Source of the DNA: Syncephalis fuscata S228
Taxonomy: Eukaryota > Fungi > Zoopagomycota
Direction: 5' to 3'
NCBI GenBank assembly: GCA_025786725.1
Contig: JAHLTZ010000028.1
Span: 306,833-370,832 of the forward strand
DNA length: 64,000 nt
The notes beneath the pieces were generated by a model. That model was given only the letters and a program-made list of their open reading frames with translations, did not search any database and had not been told where the DNA came from. Positions 17,037-35,474 of this stretch are shown piece after piece; position 1 is the stretch's first letter; each line of letters opens with the position of its first letter. The translations under genes and the position numbers were made by a program.

Positions 17037-18425
17037 ATGGCCAAGAAGAAGAAGAAGCAAGCGCAAGCAAAACCATGGTGTTGGTAAGTTGACGTAGATC
17101 TACATAAGATGCATACACTAGATCTACTAGTAGTGACGGCATATTGACTACACTACTCTTGACAATCGTAACGTTAACTAACTGTTCTTTTATTTATTTG
17201 TATATATGCATATGCATTTTTAATGATCTAGGTATTGTGAACGAGAATTTGAAGATGAAAAGGTTCTGATCACTCATCAACGGGCCAAACACTTTAAATG
17301 TCCTCAATGTAATAAAAAGATGAATACTGTAGGAGGATTAGTTATTCATTACACGCAAGTTCATAAGGAAACACTTCGCAGGTGAGTCGATAGAACAATG
17401 CATATATACACAGCTTATACATAGCATTTATGATATAGCACACCAAATGCTATCAAGGGACGTGATTCGGTAGAAGTTGAGATCTTTGGTATGGAAGGTA
17501 TTCCAGCCGCTGATTTAATCAGTTTTCAGATGCGTAAAGCAGCAGCTGGTGAAGGAGACGCATTACTTCATCAGCAGCATTCAATGTATAAACGACCACG
17601 AATTAACACTGATCTCCAACAGCCATTGTCACCAGAAGAGTTACAGCAACAATTGGCTCGTCATCAGGCCATTAGTAAAAATGGCGGTGTGCCTCCCAGT
17701 CCATCATCGACAGGCCCTCCACCACAGACAAATATGTATGGCGCACCACCCCAGCCATACTACCATCCACATCATCCACATGCGCCACCTATGATGAATA
17801 ATGGCGGTGGACCATTACCTCCAGGTCATTTCCATGGACCTCCACCGCCTATCGCACCATTTGGTGGTCCATCTCCTATGCAGAATGGATTCCATCCTCA
17901 TCCACCGTCTGGACCGCTTCCACCTCATATGCCGCCTCATAATCCATTTGGCTATCCAGGAATGCCGGGACCTGGACCACCAGGAGGGCCCCATCCTCAT
18001 CCACCTATGCATCCAATGCATAGACTAAGCAATGGTATGCAGACCTCGATGATATCGCCTACGATGGCTGGTCAGTCTGGATCACCAGCTGGGGTGGCTG
18101 GATCAGTATCGACACCAAGTACGGTAGATATGACAGCGGCCAGTTCTCAAGGAACACCTGCCATGTCTAATAGCTCGGAGCAGAATACACCAACTCCCTC
18201 AATGCCACCGGTGAAGACCGTAGGGGCAACGGCAATGGCCGCAGGAACAGCTGCACCCGCATCCGGATCGGCCATGCCAGTGACAGGTACTCATTTGGTT
18301 TATAGCGATAATACGACATCAGTGGTAAGTCATCATCGATTTATAGACGTGTGACATTTAATTCGTATATGTAGGAGGAGAAACGAGCAAGTCTGGCAAA
18401 GTATCGCTACGTGGAGGCCAACTAG
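17037..18425 (+). CDS. BuGZ/ZNF207-like C2H2 zinc-finger protein
   Basis: MAKKKKK...KPWCW|[29 protein letters not shown]...[16 protein letters not shown], Pro-rich middle, C-terminal GLEBS-like [10 protein letters not shown]|[10 protein letters not shown]. Confidence 0.88.
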
Positions 18426-19011
18426 TGTTGTAGAAGAAATAGCAGGCTGGTACATAAATGATATATAAGACTGTGTGAGAGAAAGTGCAGACGCGGATAG
18501 CAATGAATCTAATAATTGGATAGTCGTTGATTTTTACTGAATATGACCATTATGGATCAGCTTCAATTTCGTTTCAATTTCTTTATTCTTTTACTTTTAC
18601 AAATAGCTTTATTTTATAGTCAACTTAATGGTTAGTGAGCATAGATGACATCAACGTGTACAGTCCGAGTTAGCTAGCCGATAAATAAGCATAATAACTG
18701 AGTGAATACAAACAATCGACTACTATTACTGATGTAAATACTATTATAGTTTTATACTTGCGGAAAGTAGAGGACTGTCCAATGATGTATGTATTCATTG
18801 ATTCATTGATCATTCATTTACATAGCAAACTATCAATACTGATCTAAATGGTGACGATAACAACAACACTGTTGCTATGATCAACGTTGAGGATCATTAT
18901 ACGCGGTGAGCAATATTAATAAATAGCGTGCACTCAATGGACTCTATATTTAGTTATATATCTGTGCACAATACGCAAATGGAAAGATATAAGTAAGATT
19001 TCAATCTAATA

Positions 19012-20636
<1,625 letters not shown>

Positions 20637-20843
20637 ACTGTTATTAACTGTAGCTACTTAGTTAATGACGAGTGAGTGAGTGAGTGAGCGAGTGCTGAAA
20701 ACACGAATTGAAATGAAAAAAGAAATAATTGCCGAAAGTAATCGCTCTTTCGTACTATTGCGCGTCTCTTATTACAACACTATTGATAGCCACGTCTACA
20801 CTGAGTTACTAGTATTTTTAACAAGTGCCAAGTAGATACCAAT

Positions 20844-22391
20844 ATGGAGAAATTCTCTCGTTGGCGGGTAAACAATATCTTTTAGTCTTTATCTATTTAC
20901 TTAATTAATATGAATTGTATAGGATGCCAGAACAGGAATTCACCCATTTCTTCATCCTATGGCAAGTAGACGGACTTGAATAAGCAAACCATAAACAACA
21001 ACAATAGCAATAGCAACTACTGACTATATATTCCCATATATAGCCACCAAGAACTGATGATATTGGCACCACGATATATAATCGTACAAAACAGTATTTG
21101 TTTGGTCCAGTCATTGCTCTTGCTCGTTGGCTATTACTTGCGGTAACTGCAGTGTTATGGCTATTAGCCGAATTGATATGCTACGCTGTAAGTAGCTATT
21201 CAACTAGGGTAATGCATACTCATATAGCAGTATTTACTAGATAATGATTCCTCATTTACAATGGCTATTACGCTATTATTTAGTAGGTTCATGTGCTAGA
21301 TTAGCGCTATTTTTTATTGGTGTTCATCGCGTTACCGCTAATGTAGCATCACTTCGATTGGGGTAAGTCGATCATCTTATTAGGTGATTAATAAATATAA
21401 ATATAAATATGTATCAATATGCTAGACGAAGTGCAGCTGACCGAAAAGAGAGTAAAAGCGACTTAACTCGACTGTATCATGGTGATATACTCGTGGTTAA
21501 TAGTACAGGTTATTTGGATATTCTTTATCTTATGTCACGGTAATACTTTATATTGTATGTTGTATATTAATCCTATGGATACTGATCTATACTATTAGAT
21601 GGACACCAGTATTTACGCGCGTACATGGTGATCGAGTAGAAGTGGTATCATTCTGGCAAGCTTTGCGTAAAGGATCACAAACGGTCCATTCTACACCGAC
21701 TACTAATGTGACAACCCTGTCACTTGAAGAATTGGTACGTAAAGTTAAAAAACAACGACTTGGTCCAATCATTGTTCAACCAGAAGTAAGTATTATATAA
21801 TAGATGAATAGATAAACCAATACTGAATAATAATAATAATAATAATTGTTATTATTTAGGCTACTACATCGAATGGACGTGCACTACTACTATTTTCTCC
21901 TGTATTCCGTGACTTTAATCCAAGTGAAGTTCACTCCAATATTCGTATTGCTACTTTCAAGTAAGCCACTATTATTTTATTATTTCATTAATAATTATAC
22001 ATTAATCAACCCATATTTAACGATATAGATATCCATATCAGTATTTCTGTCCCACTTTTAGCTTTGGTCATCAATTCATTCATTTCTTTCAGTTATGCTG
22101 TCAAGTAAGACTTTTATTAATTAATTAATATACTTACACAATTACTGTTACTAGTATCATACACCGATGCGCATTACTTATTTAGCCCCTAGTAAATGTC
22201 CCACCACGACACCTGTTACAGTTACCACGTCCATAGATGATCAGACGAGTGATGACTTACTAGGCGAGGAAATAGCTACACTTATGGGTCAAATGAGTCA
22301 ATTACGCCGTACACAGTTAAATGATCAGGATAAACACCATTTCCTACAATTCTATCATCAACGTAATCAAGGTGTACCACGTAAAAAGTAA
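20844..22391 (+). CDS. LOA1: Lysophosphatidic acid acyltransferase, Loa1/Vps66-like, multi-exon
   Basis: N-terminus MEKFSRWR|DARTGIHPFL matches the Loa1 family start; PE|ATTSNGRALL acyltransferase motif; hydrophobic N-terminal segment. Confidence 0.8.
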
Positions 22392-22426
22392 TGCATCTAT
22401 CAATAAATGATTTATTATAAATAAAG

Positions 22427-23231
22427 CTATAGTGTTACAATGATTTGATCTCCTTGTAATGCTAATTTAATCTATATAAGCAATAGTATTAATCTATAAT
22501 ATAACAGTAACACATCATACACTATTTACCATTTGATTTAGTTGTTTATCCAACGCTTCTTTATCCATAGCCCATGACTTGTCTAGTTTCTTTAATAGTT
22601 TCTTTTGTAATGACTTTAAGGTCATTTCCTTTTCCTACAAATAATTAGTAACATTAATTATACTATATATATATTATATTATATACCATTTACCTTTTTC
22701 ATTATCTTTTTAATTAGTGCTCTAATCTCTTCCTCTTTACTATCTTCATTATCGGTATTCTTTACTTTCTTGACACTCTTTCATCACTGGTATCATTTTT
22801 ACGTTTATCAGAAATGGTCGTGGCCTTTAATTCATCGATAATTGTCTTGGGTACTTGTGCTGTAGCAGCTTCTTGTTTCTTTTCTACCTTTGACTTGCCA
22901 TTATTATTCTGTTGGCCTCCCTTCTATTAAACCGTACCATATAGTAACGTATTAATTAGGCTACCCATAAGCTAACTCCCATCTTACCTTGGCTCCTTTG
23001 TAGAGTGCACCCTGATACTTTTCAGCCTCTGATATACATGTGATATGGGTGCGATACTCTGTACCGTAGAAATCAGTACTGCAATCAACACAAGAAAAGC
23101 TTGCATTGGGACACCGATTAAAGTGCTGGTCCAACTTTGGCTTCTTTATCGTATCCTGACAATAGTTACAGACTATTCATAATTAATACAAGTGGTCTAT
23201 AGATATCTATATAGTTACCGAATGACACCAT
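22427..23231 (-). CDS. LYAR-type C2HC zinc-finger nucleolar protein
   Basis: MVSF|VCNYCQDTIKKPKLDQHFNRCPNASFSCVDCSTDFYGTEYRTHITCISEAEKYQG followed by Lys-rich tail; one apparent 1-nt deletion near 22780. Confidence 0.88.
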
Positions 23232-23476
23232 AGTGTATCAATAGAACGAGTAAATAGATAGATAGATAGGTGTAGGTGTACACACTAATAAAAAGAAGAA
23301 AAAACTTGTATCAAAATGTAGACCCCAAGTGGATCAGAAGTAGTTATGTGGTGGGTTGATGGTGGCATCCCCTCAATGAGATTCCCCCTCTCTCTTCATA
23401 TTATCCGTCTGGTTTGAATATACTCCACACGTCGCGGGTTTTCACGCAGGACAGACAGATACTACTATCGATCATC

Positions 23477-24067
23477 ATGGTAAGTAAATAGACGGATGGA
23501 TAGACGGATGGATGGATGGATGAATATAGATATATAAATACACACACACACATACATACATACATACAAGATGGTAGATGGATGTATATGGTGTTTACAT
23601 GTCATTTGCATAGTAGCAATATAGGAATGCCATATTATTACTACTAGCAACTATGGAAGCATTGAATGACGCGTCTATACTTTACTACTAGACGATATAG
23701 ATTACTAAAAGCCTTTATTATTATTAGCCAAAGCAATTGACTGAGATCAAGGAATTCCTTGAAGTAGCTCGTGGCAAAGGTGCCCGTGGTAAGTAACCGT
23801 GTAATAGCAACTGTTACTGTATAGGGTAATTGATATTCAACTATCGCTATTTATTTAGTTGTCAAGATTAAGAAGAACGGTAGCCAGACCAAGTTCAAGG
23901 TGCGCAGTACCAAGTATCTTTACACTTTGGTGATTGAAGATTTGGATAAGGCCAAGAAGCTTCGCCAGTCTCTCCCCCCTGGTAAGTACAAGCTAATCAT
24001 CATTATAGTAATTATAATTGTATATTTATGATCTATTGGTATAGGTCTTGAGGTTAAGGCTATCTAA
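23477..24067 (+). CDS. RPL38: 60S ribosomal protein eL38, 4 exons (first coding exon is ATG only)
   Basis: M|[20 protein letters not shown]|[41 protein letters not shown]|GLEVKAI*. Confidence 0.95.
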
Positions 24068-24492
24068 ATATGGATTGCATCGTAAAGAGTAGCTTTGATA
24101 GCGACAACGAATACAATACATTCTTTTCTCTATTCAATTGATGATACTGTTATGTTATGTCTTTGTAGTCGTGGTGGTTATTATTACGGCTATTCTCTCT
24201 CTCTACTATTACGGTGTTTCATCATTGTTATCATTATCATATCTTCAATGATAATAGTATTTCATCCTGGTGTGTATGTATGTATACGCGGGTCTATGTG
24301 CGTATACAGGAGGAATAAATAGTCTCCATTTACACAACTACTATTACCACTATATATATATACTATATTATAACTACTTATATTTATTATTATTATTATT
24401 ATTATTATATGTTATTATTATATGTTATTACGGTAATCAATGAAAAGAGAATAGAATACGAATAACGCATCCAATAACCAACGAACCAACCA

Positions 24493-27400
24493 TTAGTGTA
24501 TGGTCATGACGGGCTTGTAGATGCAATACTCTAATCGACTATTCTCGTCATTGTCATTGTCATCGTCATCTTCTTTAACCTGTTCTACTGTAGTAGTGGC
24601 ATTTGTACCTTGGAACCAGGTAAGACACTGTGCTTCAAGGGTAGCCGCATCTAAAGGTGGTGTATTTTCACTATCACTCGATGTAGTAGTTGTAGTAGCA
24701 GTAGTAGTAGTGGTGGTGGTGGTCACTTCACTAATTACTTGACTAATATCGGCGGATGGATCAACTAGATCACGCTTCCATCCATTAGGACCATTAAGCC
24801 AATGGTGCCAGGTTTTAAGTCGATGTCGTCGATCGTATCTAGTCTTTGTTTTGTATTCATCTGTAGTACGATCTACAGGTCTACGGACAAGCCAGTCATC
24901 TCTATTCTGTACAAAGAACATACGATACGTGTTGGCACAGATCTTGACTTCCATATTATTGCGCATCAACAGCGATCGACTATTTATCTTGGGCAATTCC
25001 TCTGGTACTTGTCTACAAATAAACAGTTTAGTTATAGATACAATAAATATAATAGATATAATAGATATAATAGATATATAACTTACCGTTTAATAAAGGG
25101 CAAGTGGTCTAGTTGTACACCAATAGTGGGGGTCATACTAACATAGCTTTCTAAATAACGGGCCCATCGTTCTTCACGTGATGCTGGATCGTTATTATAT
25201 TCATCACTATTCTTGATATATTGAATATACAATTTACGAGTATCAAAGCTCTATTGTAATTAAATATATAGTTAAATAAATACAGTTATCAATACTAGTC
25301 ATCATCTACTTACAAATTCCATACGGAATAGTTGATCTTCGGTATTGGTTAGTAAACCTTCAGCACGGGCCCAATAAGCAGTTTGTTGACGGGGACCGGT
25401 TCTTCCATATTGACGGAATATATCCATTAGACCAAGACACGTATTATCGTTAACAATGGCCTGAATCTAATAACCATGCTATAGTCAATACTTGTCCCTA
25501 TAAATAATACAAATACTTACTTGACGTAGAATAGATTGGGCCAGATGACTAACCGTAAATAGAATATACCCTTTAGTACCGAATAAGTAACGGGTATTAT
25601 CTTCAAAGGTTGTCTTATCAATGTCCTGTGTCAATAATCTAGCAATAAGATCCAGTTCAATTTGATAGTAGTTTTCATGATCAATATCATAATCATTCAG
25701 TGCTAAATAAACAACATTAATACTATATTGGTATTAATATTGATAACTTACAGTTGGGTCGGTGTTGCATGGCTAGATCGGTGGCTACGGTATTTAATTT
25801 ACGCTTATACGCTTCACTGCTGGCCCGTTCCTTCAATTCTTGTAACCGTGAATACAATGTCTATACCAATACATTAGATATTACTCCATCTAGTACAATA
25901 CTTACTTGATAGAGTCGGAAGAAGATGTAAAAGGCATTATTGCCATAACAATTAAGAATACGACTAGTAGATTCAGTATGATCACCATCATTGCCCATCT
26001 CCTCCTGTACTATCTTGTCATCCACCGTATTACTCCTATTATCATTGTCTTTGGTAATAGTACCAGGAGTAGGAGAAGTGGGTCGTTGTACTTGAATCCA
26101 TGTATCATTATTAATAATAGGTTGATGGTGATGATGATGATCACTATAGAGTGGATAGTCTGTAGTCATTGGTTCATCTACTGCCATATCTGAGGTATTT
26201 GATGTAGATTGAGCCCGTTTCACTTCATTACTATGACCATGACCATCTGTCTCCATAGGATCATCGGTCTTATCTTCACTCTCCTCAATATTCATTAAAT
26301 GGTTATTATGATTATTATGGTTATTATGGTTATTATGGGTTGTGGTCGGTCCATTGGTGTTACTACGTCGTAGTACATCGCGTCGAAGTGAATTCTCTCT
26401 TCCTCTCGTTGTTCTACGTCCTGGTGATGATGATGATTCAGCATCTGAGTCATGAGATACCACTGATAATGCATCATCTCTATCAATATCTGATCCACCT
26501 TCATCGACACCACTTTGATTACCATGTTGGTTAGAGTTATTGGCCCGTCGACCTCGTCCAGGGCCATTATTAACAGGATTATCATTGGCATGGGTATGGG
26601 TATGGGCATGGGTACTACCATCCCCATTACCACCATGATTACTATGACTGGATCGCTTAATAGTGACCCTACCTAGTCTTTCAGGGTCGGCTTGTTTTAG
26701 ATCAAACATATCTTTGATAAAGCCTAGTATGAAATCTTCTACATGTTCTCTATCTACATGAGAGATGCTTGATTGACGGTCCATACACGTCATAAGGACA
26801 CTGGCTACATCTTGACTAAGATCGGTATCACTAAAATCATATTCGTACTGATAGGTGGGTCGTGGATCGCCGGGACGACGGGCCGCCATTTGTTCTTTAT
26901 ACGTCGCTTCAATCTTTTCCATCAATGTCTTTTGTGATAACATTCGTTTGTCGTTGCCTTTAAAGTGGATGCCTTGATGATCCAATGACTTGTAGTAGTT
27001 ACGGGCCTCTACTTCTCTCCAGATCTTGTTACTTTCTCTCTGTAGTCAGAGTTGGATTAGTAGTGATTGAATATGTCTATTCTATGTCTTACTTGGGCTT
27101 TGCGCCATTCGTCGTCTTTTTGTTTTAGACGGGCCAGTACTATGGGGACCGTGTTGGCCGGATTTACTTGTAGTTGTTCAATAATATCGGCCGCTTTATC
27201 GTCATAGACCCGTTTAATAATACGTTTATAAATGGTGCGACTTTGTCCTCCCAGTCCATCGGGTAATTGGAAGGCCGCCCGTTCCTCTGCCGTCATGGTC
27301 TCAATCCGGTGGGCAATAGGTTCTAGTAGGGCAATGGTATGGATATTCGCTTCAACATACAGGTCATATTCATATCGCTCTTCTTCACATCGATGCATCG

Positions 27401-30400
27401 CTTCTTCAAATTGATTCTTGCGATGAGCAATGAATTCTTGATCTTCACTGGCCCATATAGGATGGGATACATATTTACTATTAATAACTTCACTCGCCAG
27501 ATCATCTCGACCTGAACATGGCAATTTTTGATCCTACAATAGGCATTATTATTGTTATTATTACTATTGCTATTATAACAACTACTTACGGGTGCGGGTA
27601 GAACACGGTAACTGTTGCTTGCTTGTTTACACCGTGATAGATCAATTTTCTCTCTGGGCGGTGCTTCATTGACGACTACTTCTTGTTTACCGTCATAGCC
27701 TACAAACATCTTGAACCATTCGTATAATTCAGCCCGGTTACTAAGGAATGGTTCAGCTCGTTCTACTACTTGTTTGCGATCCAGTATTTCTTGACTGAAT
27801 AGATTAAGTATCTTAATGAATTCGACGTAGGTTTGTCGATTAGTAAGATGGCGTTTGACACGTTCAAAGAACACTAGTTCATCGGCAGAGGCACTTGTCT
27901 TGGCATCAAATGGCGTGTTTGACACAGCCATTAAACCGGTGGCCTGTTGTTTCTGTCGTTTCTAATCAAAATGATTAATCATATATTATATATTATATAT
28001 TATATATTATGGCTATTAATAATATTAATCACTTACTCGAGCTGCTTCGGCGGCAGTAATTTGTGAATCACGCTTTTTACGGCCTGGTCCAGTGGCATTG
28101 GGGGCCATCGATGGCATATTGGTATAGATACCGGTTCGGTAGGGATCAGTAGTGGTAGCTAGTGTTGATATGGCACCACTGCCACCACCACCACTAGCAC
28201 TAGCACCACCCATAGCAGCATGAGCAGAGAATGTACCTACTGGTGGTAATCGAGGTACTAATCATATATATTATTATATATATATCAATATATATTTATA
28301 AACTATTATATATAGTCATTTACCTTGTCCCATACCAGTAGTGGCTGGCCGATTAGTAGATGGAACGGGTGCAGTGGCCGTGGTGGCACTTGCACTTGGA
28401 TCAGGTAGAAATTGTTTAAATTCAGCCAACAAATCCTCAGCATCCCGGAATAGTACTTGTACATGAGCATAGACCTGTAATAATAAATATGATGTGTTAT
28501 TAGACACAATTAGTTAATTAATTAATTAATTAATTAATTAACTAATTAAATAGATATACTTGCCTCTTTTAATGGCTTATTCTCTTTTTGATATTGTTGT
28601 AATATTTCAAGAAATTGTTTATAAATATCAGGCTGTGATGCAAATCGATTCTATTGAACAACAATAGTTAGTAATACAGTAGTATGGTATAATATAGATC
28701 ACTTGCTTTGATCTTGTTAACAAAGGTAATGGCATGATTGAATTCAGCCGGTGGTGCACTCTGTCTTGATGCTTGTGATGGTGGCTGTGTTTGTGGTGGT
28801 GCTTGTTGTGGTGTAGGTGCACCATAAGGTGGAGCCGTATTAGATGTAGAAGAATGACCACTAATACTATTACGATGACCACTTAGACCACTAGATGTGG
28901 TTGGTTGTGTTGGTGTTATACCAGAAGTAGATGTCGATCCATAACCTGTAACATTGTGTGGATTAGAGTGTATTGAAGGTAGATTACCCGTAGTAGATGA
29001 TGATGATGATGCTGATGGTAGTGGAGGCATACCACTGGCTGTAGATGCTTGTGAAGAGGATGGACCATGACCTGGTGGTTTAGTATAGTGTTGACTGGCA
29101 GTACTAGTAGTAGTAGTAGTGGCAGTAGCTGAAGAGGGTATGGCTGAGGGAGATGTACCGGTATAATTAACTACATTAGGCGTCACACTAGTGGTAGCCG
29201 TAGAAGCAGCACTATTCACTACACCTGGTGGTGATTGACCATAATTACTATTCATACTAGGTGTAGGTGCATGACTAGTTGATGTAGATGCTGTATAATT
29301 TGGTGTGGTTGATACTGCATCATATGAATCAGGTGATCTAATAGGCGGTAATGGTTGTGTTGGTCTGGTTCTATCTACTGCTTCAGTAGCTGTATTTGAT
29401 CCACTCGTTACCACTGCTGTCTCTCCTTCTCCACTTGTTCGTTGTGGACCTGTATGACGTGTTATAGTACCAGAACTACCCGTTGTAGTAGTGGCTGTAG
29501 TAAAGTGATGGATACGAGAATAGTGTGGTGTTGTTACTTTAACACCTGATACATCAGTGTCAATCTGGAATCCAGGAGGCAGAAATGTATTAAATCCAAT
29601 AATTAAAGCAATGTTATTACCAAATAAATCAAGTACTCGTTCAATGACCCCTGGTGTATCAATACTACAACAATATGAGGATCAATATTAATATGATTCT
29701 ATTCAACTTACGCATGGCTTTTAAACTCTTTCATAATATCCAAGAAACGATTATAGACATCGGGTTCATCTACAAATTGTCGTTTCACCTCTTCCAAGTA
29801 GACAGTGCATCACGGACATTTAATCCACTACGGGCCCTTGATGATTCTGCATCTGCATCTGCATCTGCATTGGCATTGGCATTGGCATTGGGCATAGCAG
29901 TAGCAGTAGCAGTAGCAGTAGTAGTAGCAGTAGTAGATGGTGACTGTATACTAGCATTTGTATTCACTTGTGCTGTTGATGTTGATGCAGTTGACGGAAG
30001 TGTCTGTGGTGCTGTAGATGTACTTGTCTAATAACTAGATTAGTATTTAATAAAGCGGATTCTTGATAGTACTTACTGTTAATGGCTGGGTATCTGTAGT
30101 TAATGATGGCTGTGTTGTTATTGTTGTTGTCGCTGTTGATACAGCCATAGTAGATTCATTCACGGGTGGAGATGATGTAGTAATAGGTATGGTTGAAGTG
30201 GACTCAGCTACAGTAGAAGATGTCACTATATCCATAGATGATGAAACAGTAGGTTCAGTATCTTGCATTACCATGACAGTATCTGTATTGGCGGATGTTG
30301 ATACTTCTACTGATTGAGAAGTAGTTTCTACATTCATATCAGTACTGGTTGAAGGTCATCTACCATCATGGGATCATTTTCTGTAGTGGCAGTAAGTGTA

Positions 30401-30695
30401 GTAGTGGCAGTAGTAGATTCACTTGGTGAAGCAATAGTTACTACTGGACTTGATTGGGATACACTATTATAATGGATAAGTATATTATATATTATTGTGT
30501 ACTACTATATATCATTATATATACTAATACTTACTTTTCACTCTGTATTGGTGTTGTTTCTGTAACCGTCTGTTGTTCCTGTTGTTCCTGTGGCTGTTGT
30601 AGCTGTGGTGGTGGTGATTGAACTGTAGTAGCCTGTGGTGCAGTTGGACTATGGCTTTGCTGCCTTTCCCTCCCCATATGATCGGGATGTTCCAT
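24493..30695 (-). CDS. SIN3: Sin3 transcriptional corepressor (PAH1-3, HDAC-interaction domain, Sin3_C), multi-exon
   Basis: LNVRDALS (PAH1), [14 protein letters not shown]|NRF (PAH2), [12 protein letters not shown] (PAH3), [60 protein letters not shown]. 5' end tentative. Confidence 0.93.
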
Positions 30696-32001
30696 GGCTA
30701 GTTATTTGTCCCTATAAATCAAAAACATAAATATGAGATGGTATAAATATATGTATTAATATATGTATATATATATATATAATATATATATAATATGTAA
30801 TATGTAATCATGGATGGAAACAAATAAATGGATGGTAGTTATTTAACACATAGATTCAATCCCAATCAAGCAATGTAGATTACATCATGTACAACCATCA
30901 GATGTAGTGTGGTTCTCACACTCGTTTCACGGTCCTGCAAGTACAAAGGACAAGTAATTAAAAGTATATTGCTTGGAACAGCCAAAAACGCGTCTAGTTA
31001 ACTGGTAATAGTCATACTACGAGTATTAGCACTACTCATGGAAGCGATGTGCTAATAGACGTGATGACCATAGTACGTCATTGTAAAAGACATGTTACGT
31101 AAATGGAGAATGGGTCATTCTGTAGTGGCTATGGCTATCTATAGGCCTCTATTGAGTACACTACTCTACACTACTTTAAATCCACGTCCACAGCACTTGT
31201 GATTTAACATGGACCATTAACCAATGGCGATGTTCTACACGTATAATAGTTTATGGTGGGTGGTTTATAGACACGTGTGTGCGCTTTGACCTTCCAGTAT
31301 ATAAGGGACAGAACGGCCAACCAGTTACTCGTTGCCAATTACCAGTTGGCAGATAGACAGACTGGTAAGCAGACTCATAACCGATTGGTTAATAATCAAC
31401 GCGTTGCTTGTAGTAAAAGCTAGCTTGGCGCAATCAAAGAAAGACACGAATTTACAATGTATAAAGCAGGCATTCATGTGGTATAGAGACATGCCAAACA
31501 CCGATACACTCTGACTGTAGTAAAAGTGTGCATGCTACCTACCTTGCCAATAGACCAAGCCTATCAGTAGAGATAATAATAGTAGTAGTAGTGAAACAGT
31601 GACTAAATACGAGTATTGGCTATAACAGGTGGGATAAACCAAGACAATACGCGACGTTCAAATAACAGTGAGAGTAGTTGTCGTTGTCGTCGTCGTAATA
31701 GAGTAGTGCAGCAGTAGAAGAAGAAGAAGAAGGAGTGGGAGAGAGTAGAAGATACACTCTCACTGGCCGTGACGACGATTGTCCTGATGTCCGCGTGCCA
31801 CACACACACACACACACACATTTCTCTTATTGTTAGAGTGTTTATTACACAACCCAAAAGTATCCGATTAAAACTGTTAACTTAAAACTGTTAGATTAAA
31901 TAGTGACCCATCAGCCACACTATGGTTACGATTCTATATTCATACTGTTGGCGAGATATATCTATTTAATCGTTTATTTATCTTTTATTAAGGAGTGCAT
32001 C

Positions 32002-32262
32002 ATGATTCGCAGACCACAGACAGTTGTTTGGATTGAACAAAAGGATGTCGATACTATGAAAGCGTTGCGTAAGGGACGACTTCCCGGTGAACCGTCGAAT
32101 AAACTCGATTCAGCTACCGATAAAGCACGCCATGCAATGAACAACAACAACAACAAATCATCGGACCAACTAGAAGCACCCAAAGTACCAGGCATGTCAC
32201 CACTTGAACGACAAATGGAACAGCGCCGAAAGAAGACCACTGCTGATCGTATTGGTCTTTAA
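32002..32262 (+). CDS. CDC26: Anaphase-promoting complex subunit Cdc26-like small protein
   Basis: 86-aa ORF starting MIRRPQTVVWIEQKDV and ending DRIGL, resembling the Cdc26 M[IL]RRxxT N-terminus and RIG C-terminal motif. Confidence 0.65.
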   Translation: MIRRPQTVVWIEQKDVDTMKALRKGRLPGEPSNKLDSATDKARHAMNNNNNKSSDQLEAPKVPGMSPLERQMEQRRKKTTADRIGL

Positions 32263-32715
32263 ACCAACCAACCAACTATACTATTAATAAGCATATAGGG
32301 TTTATTATTATTTCATTATGATGGCTATTAGTATATTTGTATATCTATTAACTTTTGTATTTCTTTCCATAATATACTAATTAAATAAATAAAGCTTGTC
32401 TTTTAAACAAAGCTATTCAATGCACGATGGGTTATCTATGTTATGATAAATACATATTTAATTAGATATTGTCAATATAATTTAATTACTAATGACTGGT
32501 AAAATATTAATGTGTGTGTGTGTGTGTGTGTAAAGACCACGTCATCTTCACTTAGTCTTTCCTTCATCTACCGTCCTTCATCTTTAACCTTGATCTATTC
32601 TTTCATCTTACGTGTGTGTACACATTGTTAAAACACTCGTTTGTCATCACTCTTTTCATTTATTGCTAGTCATCTATTGTAGAAAGAACGAGAAAAGGGA
32701 GATTGCCGCTGCAAT

Positions 32716-34630
<1,915 letters not shown>

Positions 34631-34812
34631 ACTGATTGGCTATTGAACAAATAAACACCATACAAATGTTTTTTGTTTTTACTAAACTTGCATCTATTGT
34701 GTATTACATAATTGATGGTCATTAAAGTAATCCATGTGTTTATTTACGCATAATAACAGTGATCACTATTTGTATGATCACTATTTTACTGTTACTACTA
34801 CGACTACTATAC

Positions 34813-35474
34813 TCATTCATCGTCGCTTGGTTCATCGTCGCTGTCATCGTCATCGTCATCGTCATCGACAACATCACCGGCACCCTTTTTAAACACATAT
34901 TAATATAATATAATAAACTATCAATGACTACTTACTATACCGCGGGCTATACGTGCCTCTTGAAGCATTTTTTTAATAGCATCACCGACGTCCAAGTCTT
35001 CCGGTAATTGATGATTGCGATCTCGTGCTGATGGATTAGCACCCGCTTGAAGTAATAATTGGACACATGCTTTGCGTATTTCATCATCCATACTCGTTGA
35101 CTTGCAAGCATATAACAAAGCCGTGTCACTTTCCCTCTGGTCACGTAACTCGAGTGAAATAGCTGGTTGTTCTAACAGCACTTTAAGACAGTCAATTGCA
35201 CCAGCACCCGCTCTACGCTCTACTATTAATAACTACAACTTTAATGTTGTCTTGGGCTCTGTTACTTACGCATTCATTAAAGCTGTTTTACTCATATAGT
35301 CGCGCTCATTAATATTAATGCCGGGCCTTCTTCTTTAAGCGTTTCTTCAAGAAGATTAACGTTATTCTGCCGAGCAGCAGCAAATAAGCGTTCAGCTATG
35401 AATGATGATAAGCACAACGACATCATCATTGTAGTATAGCTATACTTACTAGGAGTAGCGCCTTCAGATGACAT
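34813..35474 (-). CDS. Small ankyrin-repeat protein with acidic tail
   Basis: MSSEGATP|TERLFAAARQNNVNLL, RESDTALLYACK, CVQLLLQAGANPSARDRN, tail DDDDDDDSDDEPSDDE*; one apparent 1-nt deletion near 35325. Confidence 0.8.

Noticed and set aside
23320-23727. Possible snoRNA or other ncRNA upstream of or in intron 1 of RPL38
   Set aside because: No convincing C/D or H/ACA box arrangement could be read; no tRNA, rRNA or snRNA was recognised anywhere in the window by eye.
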